This document shows positions 15,044 to 22,599 of a DNA stretch of 32,000 nucleotides, piece after piece. Source of the stretch: Opitutia bacterium KCR 482. Lineage in GTDB: Bacteria > Verrucomicrobiota > Verrucomicrobiia > Opitutales > Intestinicryptomonadaceae. The notes below the pieces were generated by a model, which saw nothing but the letters and a program-made list of their open reading frames with translations, was not told the DNA's origin and made no database searches. Location of the stretch: positions 210,001 through 242,000 of the forward strand of contig CP149973.1 in NCBI GenBank assembly GCA_029269845.2, read 5' to 3'. Position 1 is the first letter of the stretch, and each line of letters opens with the position of its first letter. The position numbers and the translations under genes were made by a program.

Positions 15044-15301
15044 CTATTCCGCCAAGAGCCTCGCAAGGCAGTTTTCGGAGTCCACTTCCACAAGCTTGTC
15101 GCGCGAGGTTTCGCCGCAGACAATGCGCACCGCGCCGCGCCCCACTCCGAGTTTTTTTGACAGAAATTTTACAAGCTCGGCGTTCGCCTTGCCGTCCATC
15201 GCCTGCGCCGCGATTTTTATTTTCACGGCGTCTCCGTATGCCCCCGCGCACGCGCTCTTGGGCGCGTTCGGAACAACCTGCACTTTGAAGCGTTCCGCCA
15301 T
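15044..15301 (-). CDS. DUF167 (YggU) family protein
   Basis: 85 aa from ATG 15301. KVQVVPNAPKS...IKIAAQAMDGKANAELVKFLSKKLGV...VRIVCGETSRDKLVEV. The ATG shares one nt with the pheA stop (TGATG). Confidence 0.8.
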   Translation of the reverse strand: MAERFKVQVVPNAPKSACAGAYGDAVKIKIAAQAMDGKANAELVKFLSKKLGVGRGAVRIVCGETSRDKLVEVDSENCLARLLAE

Positions 15302-16362
15302 CACATCGGGTAGCTGCCGAGCCACTTGACCATCGGGAGCGTCTTTTGCAGTTCGGCGACCGCCGTGCGGACGTTTTCGTCCTCCCAATGCCCCTCGAAA
15401 TCGAGGAAGAAGTAGTAGTTCCACGCCTTTGTTTTGCTTGGGCGCGACTCGATTCGCGTGAGGTTTATGTTCATGCGGTTGAACGGCAAAAGCATGTCGT
15501 AAAGCGCGCCGGGGCGGTCGTTAAGCGAGAGCACGAGGCTTGTTTTGTATTTTACGCCGTCGGTTTTCGGGCAGAATTTTTTGCCCACAATCAGGAAGCG
15601 CGTCTGGTTGTTTTTCCTGTCCTGAATGCCGTGTTCGAGAACGGGCACGCCGTAGAAATCGGCGGCTATCGAGCTTGCGACGGCGGCGGTTTCGGGGTTG
15701 TCACGGGCAAGTTCGACCGCGGCGGTCGTGCTTTCGACGTATTCTATTTCGACGCTGTGGAGGTTGCGGCGCAGCCACTCGCGGCACTGGCCGATAGCCT
15801 GGTCTTTCGAGCAGACTTTGCGGATTGTTTCGAGCGTTCCGCGCGAAATCAGGCAGTGCTCGATTGGCATGTAAACCTGCCCCACTATATATAAAGAGCT
15901 GTCGCGGAGCATGTCCATTGAGTGGAAGACCGCGCCCTCTGTCGAATTTTCAATCGGAATGACGCCGTAGTCGGCATCGCCGCTTTCGACCGACGCGAAC
16001 ACGTCGGGAATCGACGGCATTGGGCGGTAGTCTACGCTCGAACCGAAGTTCTTGACCGCCGCCTGCTGCGTGAACGTGGCTTTCGGACCGAGGTATGCGA
16101 CCATCAGCCGCTTTTCCGCCGAAATGCTCGCCGAAATTATTTCGCGGTAGATTGAGCGCAACGCGGCTTCGTCGATGCGCCCGCCGTTTTTGTCGGAAAG
16201 GTTTTTGAACACGAGCGTCTCGCGGCTGGGAACGTAGATTTCCTCGCCGTTTGCCGCCTTCATTTTCCCGATTTCCTTTGCGCACTCAATTCTGTGCGAA
16301 AGCAGGTCGAGAATCTGGGTGTCGATAGCGTCTATTTCTTTTCTGATAGCGTCTTTGTCCAT
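15301..16362 (-). CDS. pheA: Bifunctional chorismate mutase / prephenate dehydratase (P-protein)
   Basis: 353 aa from ATG 16362 (MDKDAIRKEIDAIDTQILDLLSHRIECAKEIG = CM type II). PDT domain VAYLGPKATFTQQAA...IPIENSTEGAV. C-terminal ACT domain with TRIESRPS. The Arg-rich 93-aa upstream extension in the ORF track is not credible. Confidence 0.9.
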   Translation of the reverse strand: MDKDAIRKEIDAIDTQILDLLSHRIECAKEIGKMKAANGEEIYVPSRETLVFKNLSDKNGGRIDEAALRSIYREIISASISAEKRLMVAYLGPKATFTQQAAVKNFGSSVDYRPMPSIPDVFASVESGDADYGVIPIENSTEGAVFHSMDMLRDSSLYIVGQVYMPIEHCLISRGTLETIRKVCSKDQAIGQCREWLRRNLHSVEIEYVESTTAAVELARDNPETAAVASSIAADFYGVPVLEHGIQDRKNNQTRFLIVGKKFCPKTDGVKYKTSLVLSLNDRPGALYDMLLPFNRMNINLTRIESRPSKTKAWNYYFFLDFEGHWEDENVRTAVAELQKTLPMVKWLGSYPM

Positions 16363-16373
16363 CGTAAAAATTC

Positions 16374-17297
16374 CTATTTGTCGCCGTCGGAGACTTCGAA
16401 TTCCTCTTCGCTGCCCGCGCTTTCCGCGCCGTCGTAGGAGAAGTGCGTTGCGCCCTCTTTTTGCGGGGTTTCGGATTCCGTTGCGGACGCCTCCGCCGCC
16501 GCGTCGGATTCGTTTTCGACTGAATCTGCGGAAGCCTGCGCCTGCGTTGAGACGCTGCGGCTGTTGTGCTCGGCGTCGTTTGAGGGAAGCCCGACGTCCT
16601 TTTCGGCGATGTCCGACGGCGAGCTTGCGCGGCGAATCCACTCCGAAATCTGGTTGGGGCTTAGCACGTCGGAGGCTGGCAGCTCTTCGAGCGAGTTTAC
16701 CCCCGCGTAGTCGAGGAAGTTTTTAGTCGTCGAAAACTGTATCGGACGCCCGGGCAAATCGGCGCGTCCGCTTATGAAAATAAGCTCCTTTTCGGTAAGG
16801 CGCGTGATTGCGCTGTCGGCGTTAACCCCGCGGATTGCCTCTATTTCGGCGCGGGTTACGGGCTGTCGGTAGGCGATAATCGCCAGCGTTTCGAGAGCCG
16901 CCCGCGTGAGCCTCTGCGGGCGCGGGTCGTTGCGCAAAAGCCGCACCCACTCGGCATAGTCTTTCGAAATGGCGAGCTTGAAGCCCGACGAGCTTTGCAG
17001 AAGTCTGCACACGTCGCCGCTTTCCTCCAATTCCGCGGAAATCTCCTCCATCGCCTCGCGGATTTGCGTTGCGGTAAGGAGCGTGGGCACCTGCGCCATG
17101 ATGTCCTCCATCTCCGACTGCTCGCCCTCCACGAGAGCTTCGGGGACTTCGGGCTGGCCGCCGTTTTTCGCCGCTTTTTTCATGTTTTCGCGCTCGTTGT
17201 GGTAGCGCGTGATGACCGCCTGAATATCCTTGATAGTCAGCGCGTCGCTCGTCGAAAAAAGCAGCGCCCGCAGAATCTTTTTTAAGTTGAAAGCCAT
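16374..17297 (-). CDS. scpB: Segregation and condensation protein B with internal insertion and long acidic C-terminal tail
   Basis: 307 aa from ATG 17297 (alternative ATG 17321). LRALLFSTSDALTIKDI, LTRAALETLAIIAYRQPVTRAEIEAIRGV, LPGRPIQFSTTKNFLDYAGV. The last ~95 aa are Ser/Asp/Glu-rich. Confidence 0.85.
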   Translation of the reverse strand: MAFNLKKILRALLFSTSDALTIKDIQAVITRYHNERENMKKAAKNGGQPEVPEALVEGEQSEMEDIMAQVPTLLTATQIREAMEEISAELEESGDVCRLLQSSSGFKLAISKDYAEWVRLLRNDPRPQRLTRAALETLAIIAYRQPVTRAEIEAIRGVNADSAITRLTEKELIFISGRADLPGRPIQFSTTKNFLDYAGVNSLEELPASDVLSPNQISEWIRRASSPSDIAEKDVGLPSNDAEHNSRSVSTQAQASADSVENESDAAAEASATESETPQKEGATHFSYDGAESAGSEEEFEVSDGDK

Positions 17298-17384
17298 TTT
17301 GATAAATTCTTGCCGTCTCATAATGGATTTTTTCCGCCGTCTTACAACAAAAAATTCTCCGCCCCCTCCGCGCGAAAACTTTTG

Positions 17385-17413
17385 TTGACGATTCGCCGCT
17401 TCGGTGATTTTAT
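17385..17413 (+). promoter_or_regulatory. Candidate sigma70-type promoter for ilvD
   Basis: TTGACG (17385..17390), 17-nt spacer, TGaTTTTAT extended -10 (17405..17413). About 38 nt upstream of ilvD ATG 17452. Confidence 0.3.
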
Positions 17414-17451
17414 CAACGTTAATTTTACAAACAAAAAACCAAAACGCAATT

Positions 17452-19290
17452 ATGCCAGAATATAAATCAAAGAAAAGTTTTAACGGTAGAAACATGGCGG
17501 GCGCGCGCGCGCTTTGGCGCGCAACGGGCGTAAAGGAGGAGGATTTCGGCAAGCCGATTATCGCGGTCGTAAATTCCTACACGCAGTTTGTCCCCGGGCA
17601 CGTCCACCTCGACAAGGTGGGCAAATACGTCTGCGAGCAGGTCGCAAAGGCGGGCGGCATTGCGCGGGAATTCAACACAATCGCAATCGACGACGGCATA
17701 GCCATGGGGCACGAGGGCATGCTCTATTCGCTCCCCTCGCGCGAGCTTATCGCCGACAGCGTTGAATACATGTGCACCGCCCACTGCGCCGACGCCATGA
17801 TTTGCATTTCAAACTGCGACAAAATCACCCCAGGAATGATGATGGCCGCCATGCGCATGAACATTCCCGCGATTTTCGTATCGGGCGGCCCGATGGAAGC
17901 GGGCGAGGCAAAACTCTCCGGCGGCGACGACAGAAAGCTCGACCTTATCGACGCGATGATTGCCGGCGCAAACCCCAATGTTTCCGACGCCGACAGCGAA
18001 CTCATGGAGCGCAACGCGTGCCCCACATGCGGCTCGTGCTCGGGCATGTTCACGGCAAATTCCATGAACTGCCTCATGGAGGCAATCGGGCTTGCCCTCC
18101 CCGGAAACGGCACGATTGTCGCAACCCACAAGGCGAGAAAATCGCTTTTCGCAAAGGCGTCGAAACGCATTGTCGAAATGGCGAAAGCCTACTACGAAAA
18201 AGACGACACCTCCGTGCTTCCGCGCTCAATCGCAAAGCGCAATTCGTTCATGAACGCAATGAAGCTCGACATCGCAATGGGCGGCAGCACCAACACTGTC
18301 CTGCACCTCTTGGCGATTGCCCGCGAGGGAGAGGTAGATTTCTCGATGTCCGACATCGACGCGCTCTCGCGCATCACCCCCTGCATATGCAAAGTAGCCC
18401 CCAGCACGCAGAAAGTGCACGTTCAGGACGTCCACCGCGCGGGAGGAATCATGGCGATTATGGGCGAACTCGCGCGGGCGGGGCTTGTAGATATGAGGGC
18501 AAAGACAGTCTACGGCAAGACAATCGGCGCGGCGATTAAGGCAAACGACATCATGTCGCCCACATGCTCTTCGACCGCGCGCAAGCTCTACCGCGCAGCC
18601 CCAGGAGGCGTCCACAGCATCAAGGCTTGGTCGCAGGATAAATACTACGACGAGCTTGACACCGACCGCGCAAACGGCGCAATCCGCTCCGTCGAGCACG
18701 CGTTCAGCAAGGACGGCGGGCTTGCGGTGCTCAAAGGCAACATCGCAAAAGACGGCTGCATTGTAAAAACCGCGGGCGTGGACGAATCCATTCTGAAATT
18801 CAGGGGAACGGCGAAAGTGTACGACTCTGAGCAGGACGCAAGCCTTGCAATCCGCAGCGGAAAGGTCGCCCCGGGCGACGTCGTCGTTATCCTCTACGAA
18901 GGCCCGCGCGGCGGCCCAGGCATGCAGGAAATGCTCTACCCCACAAGCCACTTGAAGAGCATGGGGCTTGGCAAGGTCTGCGCGCTGCTCACCGACGGCA
19001 GATTTTCGGGCGGCACAAGCGGTCTTTCAATCGGACACGCCTCCCCCGAAGCGGCGGACGGCGGCGACATCGCGCTTGTCGAAAACGGCGACATGATTAA
19101 CATCGACATTCCCGCGCGTACGATTTCCCTCGAAATCTCCGACGCCGAAATGGACGCCCGCCGCGAAAAAATGAAGGCAAAGGGCGACTTGGCGTACAAA
19201 CCCGTGCGCGACAGAAAAGTCTCAAAGGCGCTCCAATCCTACGCTAAGTCGGTTTCCTCGGCGGCGGACGGCGCGGTGAGAAAGCTCTAA
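17452..19290 (+). CDS. ilvD: Dihydroxy-acid dehydratase
   Basis: 612 aa from ATG 17452. [62 protein letters not shown]. Confidence 0.95.
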   Translation: MPEYKSKKSFNGRNMAGARALWRATGVKEEDFGKPIIAVVNSYTQFVPGHVHLDKVGKYVCEQVAKAGGIAREFNTIAIDDGIAMGHEGMLYSLPSRELIADSVEYMCTAHCADAMICISNCDKITPGMMMAAMRMNIPAIFVSGGPMEAGEAKLSGGDDRKLDLIDAMIAGANPNVSDADSELMERNACPTCGSCSGMFTANSMNCLMEAIGLALPGNGTIVATHKARKSLFAKASKRIVEMAKAYYEKDDTSVLPRSIAKRNSFMNAMKLDIAMGGSTNTVLHLLAIAREGEVDFSMSDIDALSRITPCICKVAPSTQKVHVQDVHRAGGIMAIMGELARAGLVDMRAKTVYGKTIGAAIKANDIMSPTCSSTARKLYRAAPGGVHSIKAWSQDKYYDELDTDRANGAIRSVEHAFSKDGGLAVLKGNIAKDGCIVKTAGVDESILKFRGTAKVYDSEQDASLAIRSGKVAPGDVVVILYEGPRGGPGMQEMLYPTSHLKSMGLGKVCALLTDGRFSGGTSGLSIGHASPEAADGGDIALVENGDMINIDIPARTISLEISDAEMDARREKMKAKGDLAYKPVRDRKVSKALQSYAKSVSSAADGAVRKL

Positions 19291-19291
19291 T

Positions 19292-20164
19292 ATGAAAAGC
19301 ATGACGGGCTTCGGCCGCGTAAAAAAACAGTGCGCGGCTTTCGACATCGCAATCGACGTTTCGTCGGTGAACAAAAAGGGCTTCGAGCTTTCCGTGTCGC
19401 TCCCGCGCGAGTGGGCGCCCATGGAAAGGCTTTTCGCGCAGTTGCTGAAAAAGTCGGTAGCGCGGGGCAAAGTGTCGGTCTCGGTAAAAATCGAAAAAAA
19501 AGACGGCGGAGCGGCGGGCGTTCTCGACGCCGACGCCCTCGCAAAGCCCCTCGCCGACTTCAAGGCGGTTTGCGAAAAACTCGGCGCAAAGTTCGAACCG
19601 ACGCCCGAATTGCTGCTCAAACTCGGCGAAATGCTCGCCGCAAACGAATCCGCGGCGGACTGGGAGGAAAGCTGGGCGGAAATCGAACCCGCCGCAAACG
19701 AGGCGGTCGAAAAGCTCGACGCAATGCGCATAACCGAGGGCGCGGCATTGAAGACGGACCTGAAAGCGAGGCTCGGTACAATCTCGGCTCTGGTCGCCGA
19801 CGTCGAAAATTCGTCGCGCGGCACGGTGGAAAAATACAGGGAACAGCTCCTGCAAAGGCTCGCAAATTCGGGCTTGCAGCTCGACCCTAACGACGAGCGC
19901 GTCTTGAAGGAAATCTGCATTTTTGCCGACAAATGCGACATCTGCGAGGAAATCACGCGGCTCAAAAGCCACATCGCGCAGTTCCTCTCGACTCTCGAAG
20001 AGCCAGAAGCCGTCGGACGCAAGATGGACTTCATCTGTCAGGAAATGGGGCGCGAAATCAACACAATCGCAAGCAAGGCAAACTCGCTCGAATTGACGAA
20101 ACTTGCAATAGACCTCAAAAACGAGCTCGAAAGAATCCGCGAGCAAACCCAAAACGTAGAATAG
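19292..20164 (+). CDS. yicC: YicC family stress-induced protein (putative endoribonuclease)
   Basis: 290 aa. MKSMTGFGR N-terminus. C-terminal GRKMDFICQEMGREINTIASKAN. Starts 1 nt after the ilvD stop. Confidence 0.9.
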   Translation: MKSMTGFGRVKKQCAAFDIAIDVSSVNKKGFELSVSLPREWAPMERLFAQLLKKSVARGKVSVSVKIEKKDGGAAGVLDADALAKPLADFKAVCEKLGAKFEPTPELLLKLGEMLAANESAADWEESWAEIEPAANEAVEKLDAMRITEGAALKTDLKARLGTISALVADVENSSRGTVEKYREQLLQRLANSGLQLDPNDERVLKEICIFADKCDICEEITRLKSHIAQFLSTLEEPEAVGRKMDFICQEMGREINTIASKANSLELTKLAIDLKNELERIREQTQNVE

Positions 20165-20207
20165 ACAAAACAAAAGCGCAACGCGAACTCGGACACGCTC
20201 CAACAAC

Positions 20208-20231
20208 AAAAACGCCGCTACGGCGTTTTTT
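20208..20231. terminator. Bidirectional rho-independent terminator between yicC and the convergent small ORF
   Basis: AAAAACGCCG-cta-CGGCGTTTTTT, with an A-run and a T-run flanking a 7-bp stem. The loop CTA is the TAG stop of the minus-strand ORF. Confidence 0.6.
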
Positions 20232-20523
20232 GCTTTTGCGGAGCTTTCGGCGGCTTTGCGGGTTTGCCGAACTTCGGCGGAGGCGGAGGCGCAGGCGGGA
20301 AAGGCTCGCCGCGCTCAGTGCCGATTTCCACCTTTCCGTCAATGTCGGAATACACGGTGCGCTCGATTTTCGAGGGCTTGCGGACATCGACAACATTTCC
20401 GCGCGAATCGCGGTAGACCGTGTGCTGGCGGTACGGGTTCGGCGGCAAAACGGCAGTCCCCGCAAGACACATCGACGCCGCAAAAGCGCAGAAAACCGAA
20501 CATAATAAGCGAATCGATACCAT
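20218..20523 (-). CDS. Small secreted protein with Pro/Lys-rich C-terminus (hypothetical)
   Basis: 101 aa. Signal-peptide-like MVSIRLLCSVFCAFAASMCLAGTA. Tail FPPAPPPPPKFGKPAKPPKAPQKQKTP. No family recognised. Codon usage is similar to the neighbours. Confidence 0.55.
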   Translation of the reverse strand: MVSIRLLCSVFCAFAASMCLAGTAVLPPNPYRQHTVYRDSRGNVVDVRKPSKIERTVYSDIDGKVEIGTERGEPFPPAPPPPPKFGKPAKPPKAPQKQKTP

Positions 20524-20661
20524 ATTTATATACGACAGCCGAAAAATTCCGCCGTTTCGAGATTCGCGGATTTAAAAAAAAATAAAAAACGCAAAAATTT
20601 ACTTTACAGACGTCGGTTTTCGTATTGAATTCAAAACTTTAATTTTCTTACACAACAAGAA

Positions 20662-20853
20662 ATGCAAAAGACAAAGAAATCCATAGTAAAACGCTTCAAG
20701 ATTACATCTTCGGGCAAAGTGCTTCGCAGAAGCCCCGGCAAACGCCACCTTCTCAGCGCAAAGTCCATCAAGCAGAAGCGCGCGATGGGGCACGACAAAG
20801 AGGTAACTCCCGGCGTCGCCGCCAACGTCAAAAAGGCAATGCCTTTCGCGTAG
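20662..20853 (+). CDS. rpmI: 50S ribosomal protein L35
   Basis: 63 aa. MQKTKKSIVKRFKITSSGKVLRRSPGKRHLL. Confidence 0.95.
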   Translation: MQKTKKSIVKRFKITSSGKVLRRSPGKRHLLSAKSIKQKRAMGHDKEVTPGVAANVKKAMPFA

Positions 20854-20934
20854 TAATCTAAAAAGCACAGACAATAACTCGCCGCAAGGGTGAAGGCGAC
20901 CCCCAGGCAATCAAAAATATAAGGAAATACAAAC

Positions 20935-21294
20935 ATGCCAAAAGTGACAACTTCGGTTGCGTCCCGCAAACGCAGACAACGCACATTGAAGGCGGCAAGA
21001 GGCTATTTCGGCAATAAGTCCAGACTCTTCCGCTACGCAAAAGACGCCGTGCAACATGCCGGCAAATACGCATATCGCGACAGACGCGTGCGCCGTCGCG
21101 AATTCCGCAGCCTCTGGATTACCCGCATCAACGCGGCGTGCCGCGCGGCTGGGCTTAAATACAGCGTATTCATGGCGGGTCTGAAAGCCCTCAATGTCGA
21201 GCTTGACAGAAAGCAGCTTTCGGAACTTGCAATTAACGACGAAGCGGCTTTCGCGGTTCTCGTTAAGAAGGTTATCGACTCCGTCAAGAAATAA
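20935..21294 (+). CDS. rplT: 50S ribosomal protein L20
   Basis: 119 aa. MPKVTTSVASRKRRQRTLKAARGYFG...YAYRDRRVRRREFRSLWITRINAA. Confidence 0.95.
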   Translation: MPKVTTSVASRKRRQRTLKAARGYFGNKSRLFRYAKDAVQHAGKYAYRDRRVRRREFRSLWITRINAACRAAGLKYSVFMAGLKALNVELDRKQLSELAINDEAAFAVLVKKVIDSVKK

Positions 21295-21314
21295 GTCTTG
21301 TAAAAACTTTTTCG

Positions 21315-21347
21315 AAAAACTCCGAACGATTTGTTCGGAGTTTTTTT
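21315..21347 (+). terminator. Rho-independent terminator after rplT
   Basis: AAAAACTCCGAAC-gattt-GTTCGGAGTTTTTTT. 8-bp GC-containing stem plus a T7 run. Confidence 0.85.
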
Positions 21348-21436
21348 GTCGGCTAATTCCACGCCCATTAAACAGTTTACCAAGTTTCAATATTTGGAGG
21401 CTTGCGTGCGCCCCCAAGCGACGCCATTATTTAAGC

Positions 21437-22447
21437 ATGAGATTTTTCCTTGCAATGCTCGCCGCGACAACGCTCGCGCAGGCGGCCTCCGTCCGCCCGT
21501 GGGACTACCCTCTTTACCTCGACTTCGGCACGCCCGCCGCAAAGCGCGTGAAAGTCGAAATCGAAAATAAAACCGACGCGGATTTTAAAGCCGAACCAGT
21601 CCGAATTTCGGCAAAAAAGCTCGGACTCGTCGGCGAAAAAACAAACGCAATAAGGGTCGTCCAAAAAAACGGCAGGGAACTGCTATTCGCGGTCTCGTCG
21701 AACGCCGAAAAATTTTCGGGAGAAACGTCCCTCGTACTGCCCGTCGATTGCCCCGCAAAAGGCTCAGCCGAACTCTGGGTATATTACAGCAACCACGACG
21801 CGCTCGAAGTGCCCGACTTCTTCATAGAGCCGCGCATGGACGAAAACTTCGACGCCGACGACGGCGCGGCAAACCGCTGGACATACCTGAACAAGCCGAA
21901 CAAAACAGCCGTCGGAATCTCGACAAAATACTCGCGCAGCGGCAAAAACTCCCTGCGCGCGGCGAGCTGCAAAAAAAGCCCCTACGCGCATAAAATGCCC
22001 CTGCGCTTCGACACAAAACGGGCAATAGAAAAACGCGGATTCCCGCGCGAGGGAAGCTTTGCGGCAAACGACACCCTGAAAATTTCGGCATATGTAAAAA
22101 CCGACGCGCTTAAAGCGGCGAAAAACGGCGGCGCGGGAATCGGCGTCGTCTACACGTTCGGGGACGGGAAATACAAAATAGAAGAATCCGAACTGCTGTC
22201 GGACGCGTCGGACTGGACAAAAATTTCGTTCACCTCAAAAATCCCCGCCGACGCGACTTCGGCGTCGCTTGCGGCGGTCGCCAAAATCGGCGCGGGCGAA
22301 GCGTTTTTCGACGACATAAAAGTCTCGAAAATCGTCCCCAAAAACAACTACGCCGTAAAAGTTTCGGAGCGCGAAACGCTCGAACTGGCAAAGACGATTC
22401 CGCCGAAAAATGGGAAACGGACGACAAAAATTTCAACCTCCGCATAA
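21437..22447 (+). CDS. Secreted carbohydrate-binding-module-like protein; probable N-terminal part of a frameshifted GH123-like gene
   Basis: 336 aa from ATG 21437 (signal peptide MRFFLAMLAATTLAQAAS). Beta-sandwich-like module, then a CBM4/9-like module ending GEAFFDDIKVSK. Terminates at 22445..22447 just after an A5 run, while frame 1 continues open into the next ORF. Confidence 0.7.
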   Translation: MRFFLAMLAATTLAQAASVRPWDYPLYLDFGTPAAKRVKVEIENKTDADFKAEPVRISAKKLGLVGEKTNAIRVVQKNGRELLFAVSSNAEKFSGETSLVLPVDCPAKGSAELWVYYSNHDALEVPDFFIEPRMDENFDADDGAANRWTYLNKPNKTAVGISTKYSRSGKNSLRAASCKKSPYAHKMPLRFDTKRAIEKRGFPREGSFAANDTLKISAYVKTDALKAAKNGGAGIGVVYTFGDGKYKIEESELLSDASDWTKISFTSKIPADATSASLAAVAKIGAGEAFFDDIKVSKIVPKNNYAVKVSERETLELAKTIPPKNGKRTTKISTSA

Positions 22448-22599
22448 AAACGTCGTTCTTCAACTTCGGCGAAAAACCGACGGGCGAGGCGGTCGGGATA
22501 ATCCCGATAAGCATTGCCGCCCGCGGCAATTTCAGACCGTCCGACTACAAAGTATACAAAAACGGAACTGAAGTTCCTCACGCGCTCCTCAACGGCGAA

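Noticed and set aside
16363-16641. 93-aa N-terminal extension of the pheA ORF. Similar extensions occur at 17298..17552 (scpB), 10497..10700 (PEP-CTERM), 12203..12361 (nitroreductase), 21194..21436 (CBM protein) and 3485..3622 (galM).
   Set aside because: The extensions are Arg-rich or overlap neighbouring genes or terminators. Internal ATGs coincide with the conserved family N-termini or signal peptides, and in one case with a strong RBS.
19222-20209. Two overlapping minus-strand ORFs (270 aa Ser-rich, 321 aa) opposite yicC.
   Set aside because: Both are antisense shadows of a well-supported YicC gene. They have extreme Ser or Arg/Phe bias and no motifs.
22400-22415. Programmed ribosomal frameshift joining the two GH123-like ORFs.
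   Set aside because: The required shift is -1 (or +2), but CCG AAA AAT G is not an X-XXY-YYZ slippery heptamer and I see no downstream stimulatory hairpin. A homopolymer indel is the simpler explanation.
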